DNA from: Paraspadella gotoi
Lineage: Eukaryota; Animalia; Chaetognatha
DNA: 51,072 nt
Direction: 5' to 3'
Assembly: GCA_051294375.1 (NCBI GenBank)
Contig: CM119271.1
Span: 7,999,593 to 8,050,664 of the forward strand
The notes below the pieces were generated by a model, which was not told the origin of the DNA, ran no database searches, and saw only the letters and a list, made by a program, of their open reading frames with translations. Position 1 is the stretch's first letter; every line of letters begins with the position of its first letter. A program made the position numbers and the translations under genes. This document shows, piece after piece, positions 1-12,741 of this stretch.

Positions 1-865
1 GAGAGAGAGAGAGAGCACAATCTTTTTTTTTAAATCGGAATTATTAAGTTTTCTCAGACCTTCAACAACAAAAAAATATCCGAGAAGCAGAAAACGATAT
101 AAGAGTAAAACAAATTATCATAAGTGTAAACAAACAAAAATACAAAACAATAGTCTATACAAACAAAACAACCACATTTCGAACGTCTCATCCTTAAAAG
201 ATGTCATTCAAAATATTGGCGGAGGGGGAAGAAGGAAGGGTAGGTGGGGCGTCAGCGGGGTGGTCGCTCCAAGGTCGTCGCAAGGTCACCCCAGGGGGTC
301 AAACCGAGGGTCACCGATATTGATGGGCGAGATTAGAAACGCCAGCCAAAAAAAAAGATGGCCGATCGTTTGGACGTTGCTATGACGAAGAAGATCCTGC
401 GTGTGATAGCGGTTCTGCGCGTGGTTGTGAGAAGGTTTGCGTGTGCTTTGTGATATAAATGAATACATTTATAAATGATATACATCCAAAGTTTATAAAT
501 ACTACGGCGCAGGCAAGCGGATACGTAACGTTATACAAAAGCCGATAGATATCCGACGGGAAAAAACAATGCGTAAAGTATCGGCCAACGATAACGGCGG
601 GGAAAAAAACGCCAAATGGGCGACGATCGAAGTTTTAGATTGAAGGACGATGAGAGAGGGAGGGGGGTGGGGAGGTTAAGTTACGGGAAGAGAAAAAGGT
701 GAGGTGGAGGAACGAGGTAAGCGGCGTTTACGGCGATGAGAAAGGAGGGGGGCGAAAATCCGCGTTGTTAATGAAGAATGAATGTATAACGTATCGCAGG
801 ATTCTCGTTTTTCTTTATTTTGATTTATCCGAGGTCTCCGAGTGGGTATGCTCTTCAGTTGTTGG

Positions 866-928
<63 letters not shown>

Positions 929-1539
929 ATAAGACCAAGCCACAAGAATCATCAAACAGTAGCGAATCGCGTATCCTCTTTCCCTTTTATGATTCTTGTA
1001 TTTGCCTGGGAAGAGGAATAAATCATATCTCGGAAAAGAAAAACCAGGAGAGCGGAGAGAGGAGAGAGAGAGAGGAGAGAGAGGAGGAAGAGAGAGAGAA
1101 GAGAGAGAGAGAGAGGAGAGAGAGAGGAGAAGAGAGGAGAGAGCGGAATAAATATCAAGAGAGGGGAAAAAAAAAAAGAGTAAAATGAGACCCAAGTTTA
1201 AAAGGGAAGTGAAAAAAATAAGGAAACTAGAGAAGGGGGGAAAACCTCGAGAGGCCTGGGCTCGTTCCAGATATAGGTTCTAAAATTAGAACGAGTAGAT
1301 GGATGAGGTCGAGGGATAAGGAGAGGGCGACAGGGAGATGAGAGAGAGGCAGGGAGGAGAGGGGACGATGGATGAAGTGGAAGGAGAGAGGGGGCGAGGG
1401 GAGAGAGAGGAAGGAATGTGGGAGAGGGAGGACTGGATGATAGTAAAGGGGAGAGAGGGGAGGGGAGGAAAATATGAGGGGAAATGAGGGAGAGAGGGGA
1501 AGAGCGGGGTAAGTAATGCGAGAACGGCCGGAGAGAGTA

Positions 1540-4340
1540 GAGATACGAAGAAATGCACAAGAAGGAGATTCGCAATTGGTTTGCGCCGCATTTACTTTCT
1601 TTTCAACGCGATCGACATGTTCGTGATCAACGACGAGTGTTTGAAACGTTTTGGAGCACGAATGCCGTGCGATGCCAAAAATAGCGCATGGATATGGAAA
1701 TGTTAGACCGATCCGGAGCAGTACTGTAATGTAATTCGGTTAGTAAATGGAGGTTATTATACTAGGTTATAGGTATTTACTATATATATGTTTTAGTGGT
1801 CATAGTTAAAGCGTAAAAGTTGCTGTGCTAGTAGTCGGTGTTCGAGATGAACAGCTTGTTTCTTCATCTTCAACATAAATTTTTTTTTCTAGAAAAAGGG
1901 TCTCAGACGAAAGCTGGAGAAGATGGATGAGGGGAGTAGGAGGAGGAGGGGTGAGAGGGGGAGAGGGGAAGAGGGAGAGGGAGAGAGCGGGAGAGGGAGA
2001 GAGGGAGAGAGGGGAAGAGGCGGGAGAAGTGGGGAGAGGGGGGGAAGGGACGGAGAGAATTGGAGGGGCTCTCGCTGTAATGGGGCGGCGCAAAGAAGGT
2101 CACGGGTTTTAAACACGAGGAAGATATCCATCTGCAAGCCTCACTCGGTGTCGTCATGAAGTCAGGGGGTGGTAGAGATGTTGTGGAGATGTTTGCATGT
2201 GGTCTGATGGACGGGTAATGAGAGCATGCGAGGCAATGCTGGGAATGTAACGACGGCTTCGGCGGTAAAAAATTTCATTTTAAGTTTGGTAAGTCAATAT
2301 ACTAACTGCTCTGAATATGCATACAATTAAACTCGTTGTTGAAAGCGATTTAAGCGACTTTTTTTCCCAAAATTCTACAAAATATAAAATTATTATCTAA
2401 TCTTTGGCTTCTCTCTGTTTATAATCGTATATAACTCGGTACTGCTAATGAAGATGTTTAGCAGATGACATATATTCATTAGATTGCTAATAGTATTGTT
2501 TTTTTTCTAATGGATAGATTTCGAAAAAATGATTTTCAGTATATTTAAGTAGACTTCTCAAATGCTGCTGATATCTGCAAAGTTGAGGATGGTGTTTGTC
2601 GTGCGTGACAGTAAAATAGAGGAATTCTCTTCTGTCTGTCTGGTTTCACTTCCCAGCCTGTTCTGTCTCGTGCTCTCGTCGCTTGCTCTCTTCTTGCCTC
2701 TGCTCTTCTCGTCTGTCTCTCTCTCTCTCTCTTCTCGTCTCTCCCTCGTCTGCTTTCCTCAAGTCTGTTCTCGACTCCCATTTTCAAGTGTTAATTTTAT
2801 TTCGGCATGTTATTTTATGCAATGTCGTTTGGCGGAGAGAAGAAACCTGGTCTTTCTATCTGTCCAAGACGTCACTTTGTCTGCTCCCTGCCTCATCTTC
2901 GGTCTCTCTCTCTCGNNNNNNNNNNNNNNNNNNNNNNNNNGGAGAACGCGAGAAGAGGATAACGAAAAATACAAGGAACGGAGATTCGCAATTGTTGCGC
3001 CGCATTTACTTTCTTTTCACGCGATCACATTCCGATCACACGATGTTTGAAACGTTTGGACCACAAATGCCTCGATGCCAAAAATTAGCCATGGATATGA
3101 AAGATTAACCGACCGACAGCTACTGTAACTGTACATACGGTTAGTAAAGAGTTATTATACAGTATATATTTACTATAAAGTTAGTGTATAGTTAAAGCTA
3201 TAAAGTTGCTTCGCTAGTACTCGCGGTCCGAAGATGAAAAANNNNNNNNNNNNNNNNNNNNNNNNNNNNNNNNNNNNNNNNNNNNNNNNNNNNNNNNNNN
3301 NNNNNNNNNNNNNNNNNNNNNNNNNNNNNNNNNNNNNNNNNNNNNNNNNNNNNNNNNNNNNNNNNNNNNNNNNNNNNNNNNNNNNNNNNNNNNNNNNNNN
3401 NNNNNNNNNNNNNNNNNNNNNNNNNNNNNNNNNNNNNNNNNNNNNNNNNNNNNNNNNNNNNNNNNNNNNNNNNNNNNNNNNNNNNNNNNNNNNNNNNNNN
3501 NNNNNNNNNNNNNNNNNNNNNNNNNNNNNNNNNNNNNNNNNNNNNNNGGGTCTCCCTGTAATGGGGCGGGCAAAAGAAGGTCACGGGTTTAACACGAGGA
3601 AATATACCATCTGCCAACTCACTCGGTTGTCTCATGAAGTCCAGGGGTGGTAGAGATGTTGGGAGAGTTGCATGTGGTACTATGGAACGGGTAAATGAGA
3701 CGCATGCGAGCAACTGGGAATTACGACGCTCGCGGTAAAATTTCATTTTAATTTGGTAATCAAATAAACTCCTGAATAGCATACATTAACACCGTTCTTA
3801 AAGCGATTTTACAATTTTTTTCCCAAATCTACAAAAACTAAAATTATCCTAATTTGCGTCTCTCTGTTATAATTATATTAACTCGGACTCTTAAAAGATT
3901 TTAGCAAATGACAATATCATAAATTGTAATAGTAATTGTTCTTTTTTCCTATGAATATTTCGAAAAAATGATTTCAGTAATAAGTAACTTCTCAATGCTG
4001 CTATATGCAAATTAGATTTTTGTCGTGTACATGAAAAAGAAATTCTCTCTCTCTGTCTGTTTCACTTCCAGCCTTTCTCTCTCTCTCTCTCTCGAGTCTC
4101 TCCATCTCTTCATCTCATCGATCTTATCTTCGCCACGAGATTCTCTCGTCTCCTGACCTCCTCATCTATCTTCGTCGTTCTCTCACTCCTCTCTCCTCTC
4201 TCCTCTCCTTCTTCTCAGTCGTCTCTCTCTCTCTCTCTCTCGCTCCCCTCGTTCTTTCCTCAAGTCTGTTCTCGACTCCATTTTCCAGTGTTATTTTATT
4301 TCGCATTTATTTTATGGCAATGTCGTTTGGGCGAGAAGGT
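1540..4340. repeat. Direct duplication of a ~1.4-kb segment (~1540-2915 and 2941-~4340); third copy at ~10070-11380
   Basis: Shared anchors ggagattcgcaatt (1564/2980), aaagaaggtcacgggttt (~2092/~3573/~10698), aagtctgttctcgactccatttt (2761/4262). A 25-N gap (2916-2940) separates the two copies exactly. Confidence 0.9.
2916..2940. other. Fixed-size 25-N assembly gap (others at 15788-15812, 26044-26068, 29029-29053, 37017-37041, 41405-41429, 48221-48245)
   Basis: Seven N-runs of exactly 25 nt counted directly, in contrast to the variable-length scaffold gaps elsewhere. Confidence 0.95.
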
Positions 4341-5451
4341 TCGAACCTCTTCTCTCGTCAATAGATACTCGAAGCGTTAAGTGGTTCTTACTTCCTGAGC
4401 ACCCGCCCGTCTTAGACTCGTCTTCATCTTCTCCTGATTCGTTCATCCCCTCCTCTCCTGTTCTCCGATTCCGCTGTTCTCTCTCTGTTCCTACTCTTCT
4501 CTCTCTCCTCTTCTCTCTCTCAGAGGTGAAGTTTTTTAGTTGAATCGATATGGATTTTTTATTTGGCAAATATTTTTTCTCGAGGCTAAACCGTTTTAAG
4601 AAAATCGCGGTTTTCAAAAAAAAAAATCCAAATCCCTTTCGCGTTTGGAAAAAGAGCAGAGAGAGATAGAAAGAGAGAGAGAGATAGAGAGAGAGAAAGA
4701 GACAGAGAGAGAGAAATAATAAAAAAAACTGGATTTCGGATGTTAATTGGAAAAAATGTTCCCTCGCTTCCGATTTTGAGAGAGAGAAAAAAAAAGGAAA
4801 ATCCCTTGCAAATTGCTTCGTAAGCCTTTTTTTATTTTTCTTTGACGAAAGTAAATTTCGTTTTAAGAAAAAATCGTTTTATACTTTAAGCGGGTATTTA
4901 TTTGGCGGAGAAACGTTTTATATCTCCACCCGCCCGAGTAAAAACTACAAGAGCTAGAAATAACCTTGTCGCATTTAACTAAAAATAGTCATATTTTTTT
5001 TCCATCGGCATATATTATTATCTCTAACTTTTTTTTTTTCAATTATTTAATTTTGTTGCATGGTTGTAAAATAATGATAAAAAAGAATTTTAGAGTAAAA
5101 TAATTTTAAAATTTTAAATTTTGTGATTATAAGCTTTCATGGCCTAAATACTGTAAGTTACAATCTTGTATGCTATACCCAGTACCCACCATTGCCTGTG
5201 CAAATACAGCAGGTAGGATAGTTTTTAAATTGAAATTAAGGATAATTGTTTTCTTGGTTGTAGCAATGTACGTAAAGGTTTTACCGAAACAGAAACAACC
5301 TTATCTAAAAGCGATTCAAGTAGTAGAAACGCTAAAAAGCTAAATGTAAATAAATGTAAACTTAGATTACGACATTAATTCTGATTTGACCCTCGTCCTT
5401 CAGTTTCGAAGAAAGGAAGGCTGTAAATATCCATCATACAATCTCTCTCTC

Positions 5452-5492
<41 letters not shown>

Positions 5493-8400
5493 CCTCTCTC
5501 TTCCTCTCTCTCTCTCTCTCCCTTTTCCGTCTGCACGGGAAGGGGTAAACAGTAAACAGCACCACACTAGAAAAAAAAATCCTGGATAAAGAAATAGAAA
5601 GAAAACAAAAAAAAAAAAAAAGAAAAAAGAGGAAAAAATTTGGGCGCAAACCAAATTGCGCAGAGTTCAATTTTTTTCCTTTCTTCTCTCTCCAGTCTCT
5701 CTCATCATCGCCTATCATCTCTCCTTTCTTCTCTCTCTCTCCTTCTCTCTCGCTTCATTTCTAGTCACTCCTCTATCGTCTCTCTCTCTCTCGTCNNNNN
5801 NNNNNNNNNNNNNNNNNNNNNNNNNNNNNNNNNNNNNNNNNNNNNNNNNNNNNNNNNNNNNNNNNNNNNNNNNNNNNNNNNNNNNNNNNNNNNNNNNNNN
5901 NNNNNNNNNNNNNNNNNNNNNNNNNNNNNNNNNNNNNNNNNNNNNNNNNNNNNNNNNNNNNNNNNNNNNNNNNNNNNNNNNNNNNNNNNNNNNNNNNNNN
6001 NNNNNNNNNNNNNNNNNNNNNNNNNNNNNNNNNNNNNNNNNNNNNNNNNNNNNNNNNNNNNNNNNNNNNNNNNNNNNNNNNNNNNNNNNNNNNNNNNNNN
6101 NNNNNNNNNNNNNNNNNNNNNNNNNNNNNNNNNNNNNNNNNNNNNNNNNNNNNNNNNNNNNNNNNNNNTCTCTCTCTCTCTCTCGCTCCCCGTCATAGCC
6201 GGTCCTCGGTTCTCGCTCGACGCGGATTTTTCTTGTAACGGAAATGATGGCGACTAAGTTTTGTGGAAGAGAAAACTGGAGGGAAATAGAGAGGAAGAAA
6301 GGGATAAGAAAAGAATAAAAAGGAACTAGAGGGGAAGAAAGCCAAAGGGAAATGAAAGGAAAGAATAAAAGAATAAAGAGGAAATGGAAAAAAATAGGGG
6401 AGAAGAATAAAGGAAAGTATGATAGGGAAATATTAAAATAGTAATAGGGGTGTAAAAAGTAGAGAAGAGGGGAAAAATAAAGTGTAAATATAAGGGAAGA
6501 AAGGGAGAGGAAAAAGAAGGGATGAAAGAAAAAAAGAGGAAAAGAAAGAGAAGAATCAAAACTGAAGGAAACTTAAATGTAAAAACGAAAGAGGAATGTA
6601 CAATAGAGTGGAGCATTGGGAACATAAATTTTATTTGAGTGAACAAACAAGGATATTTAGACGTGAGATAGTATGATTATATTGCTTATATTATTTGGGG
6701 AACAGTATTATTAATTATAATATATTTATAGTAAAATCCTTAAACAATAAATTTGTAAAATAATTTTTTAAAATATTTTTATTAAAAAATCTGATTCTTT
6801 ATAAAAAGTTGCATCAAAGATATAAAATATGTCATTTAAAAATTTAAAGTCTTCAGCGTTAAAAATGGAAAAAAGGACAAAATTATTCACTTTTTTATGC
6901 TCTCTAATAAAAACTATTATATGATGAAACTTTTTAGTCATTTTTCGCAGCTTTATCCTAAAAATAAAGTCTTTCAGTTTTTTCCTGCAAATTCAAAACT
7001 GCTCTAAAAATTGAAAAAAAATATGATTTTAAATTTTAAGATTTTATAAGGATATTACTATAAAAAAAATTAATTTATGATACTGTTATATAATTTTTTT
7101 TAAAAAAAGGCTTAATTATTTTTTATTACATATACAAAGGCAGTATCACTCCACCCTAATGTACAACACTAAATTCTAAAATCAAAGAGAAATTGGATTA
7201 GTTGAAAAAAGGGGAAAAAAACTTTAAAAAGTTAAGGAGAAAACGCTTACGCTTAATTTACAGTCGCAATAAAACGTAAGCACTCAGCAGTAAGCAGGTG
7301 TTTCCACACTAGGTATATTAAACATTTTTTTTTATCCTGGTGAACTTCGTTCTATCAAAACGAAAGCTGTATACAAACCTTGAGCGACTGACCGGAAAAG
7401 TCAGTCAGCGTCGTCACGCCAGCTGTGAAGCTAAAAAGGCGGGCGCAGCCTCGTCAAAATAAGGAAGGAAACTAAAAAAGGAAAGGAAAAAAAGTGTTCA
7501 AAGCGAAAATAGAAAAGAGAGGGGTTTGGAAAAAACAGGGTAAAATAAGAAAGGGAGGTCAGAAAAAAAAAAGGAAGAAANNNNNNNNNNNNNNNNNNNN
7601 NNNNNNNNNNNNNNNNNNNNNNNNNNNNNNNNNNNNNNNNNNNNNNNNNNNNNNNNNNNNNNNNNNNNNNNNNNNNNNNNNNNNNNNNNNNNNNNNNNNN
7701 NNNNNNNNNNNNNNNNNNNNNNNNNNNNNNNNNNNNNNNNNNNNNNNNNNNNNNNNNNNNNNNNNNNNNNNNNNNNNNNNNNNNNNNNNNNNNNNNNNNN
7801 NNNNNNNNNNNNNNNNNNNNNNNNNNNNNNNNNNNNNNNNNNNNNNNNNNNNNNNNNNNNNNNNNNNNNNNNNNNNNNNNNNNNNNNNNNNNNNNNNNNN
7901 NNNNNNNNNNNNNNNNNNNNNNNNNNNNNNNNNNNNNNNNNNNNNNNNNNNNNNNNNNNNNNNNNNNNNNATACTCAACGTGAATATCCTGAAGAATGGA
8001 GAACGTTTTAGAACGGTGCGTTATATTAATATTAGTTATATTAAAAACTATTATAGATTGTGTTTAAAAAAAAANNNNNNNNNNNNNNNNNNNNNNNNNN
8101 NNNNNNNNNNNNNNNNNNNNNNNNNNNNNNNNNNNNNNNNNNNNNNNNNNNNNNNNNNNNNNNNNNNNNNNNNNNNNNNNNNNNNNNNNNNNNNNNNNNN
8201 NNNNNNNNNNNNNNNNNNNNNNNNNNNNNNNNNNNNNNNNNNNNNNNNNNNNNNNNNNNNNNNNNNNNNNNNNNNNNNNNNNNNNNNNNNNNNNNNNNNN
8301 NNNNNNNNNNNNNNNNNNNNNNNNNNNNNNNNNNNNNNNNNNNNNNNNNNNNNNNNNNNNNNNNNNNNNNNNNNNNNNNNNNNNNNNNNNNNNNNNNNNN

Positions 8401-8763
8401 NNNNNNNNNNNNNNNNNNNNNNNNNNNNNNNNNNNNNNNNNNNNNNNNNNNNNNNNNNNNNNNNNNNNNNNNNNNNNNNNNNNNNNNNNNNNNNNNNNNN
8501 NNNNNNNNNNNNNNNNNNNNNNNNNNNNNNNNNNNNNNNNNNNNNNNNNNNNNNNNNNNNNNNNNNNNNNNNNNNNNNNNNNNNNNNNNNNNNNNNNNNN
8601 NNNNNNNNNNNNNNNNNNNNNNNNNNNNNNNNNNNNNNNNNNNNNNNNNNNNNNNNNNNNNNNNNNNNNNNNNNNNNTTTTTTTTCGATCGTTTTTCAAC
8701 GGGCGTCTGACGTTTTATTTTCTATTTAAACGCCTCAACCCCTCTTCCGAACCCCCTTCACCG

Positions 8764-9573
8764 GCGAGATTAGAACGCCAGGCCAAAAAAAAAAAGATGG
8801 CGATCGTTTGGACGTTGCTATGACGAAAGAAGATCCTGCCGTGTGATAGCGGTTACTGCGCGTGGTTGTGAGAAGGTTTGTACGTGTGCTTTTGTGATAT
8901 AAATGATACAATTTATAAATGATATACATCCAAAGTTTATAAATCTTACGGCGGCAGGCAAGCGGATACGTAACGTTATACAAAGCCGCAATAGATAATC
9001 CCGACGGGAAAAAACAATGGGCGTAAAGTAATCGGCCAACGATAGCGGCGGGGAAAAAACCCAAAATGGGCGACCCGATCGAGTTCTAGATTGAGGAGAG
9101 GAGAGGGAGGGGGTGGCGGTGATGTGGGAGGGGGTAAGTAGGGAAAAGAAAAGGTGAGGTGGAGAGAACGATGTAAGGCGTTACGGCGGACCGAGAAATA
9201 GGGGGGGGGGGCGCAAAAATCCTTTTATGGAAAAGCATGACATTATACGTTTTAATTGAGATTTTCGTTTTTATATTATTTATTTATGCCGAGTCTCACG
9301 AGTGTTATCTCTTCCATTTTGGCCGAGAGGACGAGAGGAGAGAAGAGAGGGAGAGAGAGAGAGAGAGAGCGACGGAGAGAGAGGAGGAGAGAGATGAGAG
9401 AGAGAGAGAGAGAGGAGGAGGAGAGAGAGAGAAGATAAGACCAGCCACAAGAAGCATAAACCCAGAGGCAGAACTCGCGTATCCTTTTCCTTTTATGACT
9501 TCTTTTATTTGTGCCTGGGAGGAATAAATCACATCTCCCGGAAAAAAAAACCAGGAGAGAGAGAGAGAGAGAG

Positions 9574-9616
<43 letters not shown>

Positions 9617-12600
9617 AGAGATGGAGAGAGGCGAGAGAGCGCGAAAATAATATCAGAGGAGGGCTGAAAAAGAAAAAAAAGAAAAAAGAGTTAAAATCGA
9701 GACCAAGGTTTAAAAGGGAAATGAAAAAAAAAGGAAACTAAGAGGGGGAAAACTCGAGAGCGGGCTCGCTTCCAGATAAGTTCTAAAATTAAGAACGGTT
9801 TAGGGAAAAAGAGGCGAGGGAAAGGAGAGGTGCGAAGAGGAGAGAGAGAAGAAAGGGAGGGGAAGAGAGGCGATGGATGAAGTAAAGGGGATGAGAGGGC
9901 GTAGGGATGGGAGAGAGAAGAGAAGGAAGGGAGACGAGGGAGCGATGGTGAAGTAAAGGGGAGAGAGGGGCGATGCTCATTAAGTGAGGGAAGCGAGAAA
10001 AAGAGGGGAAATAGGGAGGAACGTTGGATGGCAACGAGCAGGGTGAGAACAGGACGACTGGAACGCGAGATGAGAGGATAACGAAAATACAAGCGAAACG
10101 GAGATTACGCATTGTTGCGCCGCCGCATTTACTTTTCTTTCACAGTAGTTCGATCACATTCCGATCACAACGATGTTTGAAACTCTCCGTTTGGGACACA
10201 AATGCCTCCGGATGCCCAAAATTAGCCATGTGATTGAATAAACAAGATTAACACGACAGCTACTGTACTGGTAGCATACGGTTAGTAAAGAAGTTATTAT
10301 AAACGAGTATATATTTCTTCTATAAAGTTAGTGTATAGTTAAAGCTTATAAAGTTGCTTCGCTAGTACTCGCGGTCCGAGATGAAAACTTTATCCTTCAT
10401 CTTCAACATAATTTTTTTTTTTCTAGAAAATAGTCTCACCGAAGCGGAGAAGATGGAGAGAGGGGAGAGGAGGAGAGGAGAGGGGAGATGGAAGAGGGGA
10501 TAGGGAGTAGAGGGGGAGAGGGGGAGATAGGGATACCGTGGAGGACCGATGATGATCCGGAGCCGGAAGGAGGGAGGAGGAAGACAGGGGGGGGAGGAGT
10601 GGGGAGAAGGGGAGGGGGAGGGAGGAGGAGAGGGGGGAAGGCGGAGAAGTTGAGAGTCGGGAAGGCGAGAGGGGTCTCCCTGTAATTGGGGCGGGCAAAA
10701 GAAGGTCACGGGTTTAACACGAGGAATATACCATACTGCCAACTCACTCGGTCTTGGTCTCATTGAGTCCGAGGGGTTGGTTGAGATTGGGAGAGTTTGC
10801 ATGTGTGTACTATGGAAGGGTAAATGAAGACGCATGCGAGCAACTGGGAATTACGACGCCTCGCAGTAAAATTTCTATTTTAATTTGTGTATCAAATAAC
10901 TCCTGAAATAGCATACATTAAACACCGTTGTTAATAGCGATTTTACAATTTTTTTCCCAAATCTACAAAACTAAAATTATCCTAATTTGCGTCTCTCTGT
11001 TTAATAATTAATATTAACTCGGAACTCTTAAAAAGATTTAGCAAATGACAATATCATAAATTGTAATAGTAATTGTTCTTTTTTCCTATGAATATTTCGA
11101 AAAATGAATTTCAAGTATAAGTTAACTTCTATGCTGCTATTATGCAAATTAGATTTTTGTCGGTGTACATGAAAAAGAAATTCCTCTCTCTGTCTGTTTC
11201 ACTTCCAGCCTTTCTCTCTCTCTCTCTCTCTCCTCTTCTCTCTCTCTCTCATCTCTCTCTTCTCTCTCTCTCTCTCTCTCTCATCTCCTCTCTCTTCTCC
11301 TTTCCTCAATCCTTTCTCCTCGCCATTTTCAATTTATTTTATTTTCGCTAGTAATTTTATGCAATTCGTTGGCGAGAGAAAAACTCTTTCTTCTCAAAAC
11401 TCAATTTTCTCCTCCTCTCTCCTCTCTCCTCACTTCTCTCTCTCTCTCTTCTCTCTCGCCTCTCTGTCGTCTCTCTCTCTTCTCAGGTGATTTTCATGAA
11501 ATGATAATGGATTTTTTATCTTTGGGTCAAATATTTTTTTCTTCGAGCTAACGCGTTTTAAGAAAATCGCGGTTTTTTCAAAAAACAAAAACAATCCAAA
11601 TCCCTTTCGCCGTTTTGGAAAAAGAGCAGAAGAGAGAGATAAGAAAAGAGAGCAGAGAGAGATAAGAGAGAGAGAAAGAGACAGAGAGAGAGACAATAAT
11701 AAAAAAACTGGATTTCGGAGTTAATTGGAAAAATGTTCCCGTCGCTTCCGGATTTTTGAAGAGAAGAGAAAAAAAAGAAAATCCGCTGTTGCCAAATTGC
11801 TTCCGTAAGCCTTTTTTTATTTTTTTTGACGAAAGTAAATTCGTTTTAAAAAAATCGTTATTATAACTAATTAAGCGGGTATTTATTTGGCGAGAAACGT
11901 TTTTATATCTCGCACCCGCCCGAGCGTAAAAACTACAAGAGCTAAAATACCTTTGTCGCATTTAACTAAAAATAGTCATATTTTTTTCCACGCAATATTT
12001 ATTATCTCTAACTTTTATTTTTTTTCAATTATTTAATTTTGTTTGCATGGTTGTAAAATTAATGATAAAAAAGAAATTTTAGAGTAAAATAATTTTAAAA
12101 TTTTCAATTTTGATTATAAAGCTTTCATGGCCTAAATACTGTAAGTACAATCTTGTATGCTATACCCCAGTACCCACCAATTCGCCTGTGAAATGTGCAA
12201 CAGCAGGTAGGATAGTGTTTTTTAATTATTGAAATTAAGGATAATCTGTTTTCTTGGTTGTTAGCATGTACGTTAAAAGGTTTTACCGAACAGAAACAAC
12301 CTTAATCTACAAAGCGATTCAGTAGTAGTAGAAAGTGCTAAAAAGCTAAATGTACAATAATGTAAATACTTAGATTTACGGACATTTAATTCTGATTGAC
12401 CCTCGTCCCTTTCAGTTTCGAAGAAAGGAAGGGTGTAAATATCCATCTATACATCTCATTTCTACTCTCTCTCTCTCTTCTTTCTCTCTTTCTCTCCCTC
12501 TCTCTTTCTCTCTTCTCTCTCTCTCCCTTTTCCGTCTGCACGGAAGGCGGTAAAACAGTAAAACAGACCACACTAGAAAAAAAAATCCTGGATAAAGAAA

Positions 12601-12707
12601 TAAGAAAGAAACAAAAAAAAAAAAAAGAAAAAGAAAAATGGGCTGGAAACCAAATTCTGCGCAGGTTTCAATCTTTTCTTTCTTCTTCTCTCTCCTCTCT
12701 CTCTCCT

Positions 12708-12741
<34 letters not shown>

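Larger units (their letters stand above)
326..8763. repeat. Copy A of a ~7-kb tandem duplication (includes an internal ~1.4-kb extra copy and N gaps)
   Basis: Unique anchors recur in the same order in 8764-15615: ggcgagattagaa (326/8763), aaaatagtcatatttttt (~4982/~11968), ctcgctcgacgcgg (~6212/~12977), tactcaacgtgaatatcctgaagaatggagaacg (7972/14683), tatttaaacgcctcaaccc (~8723/~15575). Confidence 0.92.

Noticed and set aside
676-2159. Many ORFs rich in S/L or R/E
   Set aside because: Translations of (CT)n/(GA)n tracts, which lack stop codons. The same applies at 5.4, 9.3, 11.2, 12.5, 15, 48 and 50.7 kb.
3640-3690. GRVACGT resembling the Cu/Zn SOD C-terminus
   Set aside because: Seven-residue match only, with no metal-binding His motifs nearby.
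7494-8729. Long ORFs such as 411 aa here and 320 aa at 22334
   Set aside because: Their length comes from N-runs translated as X.
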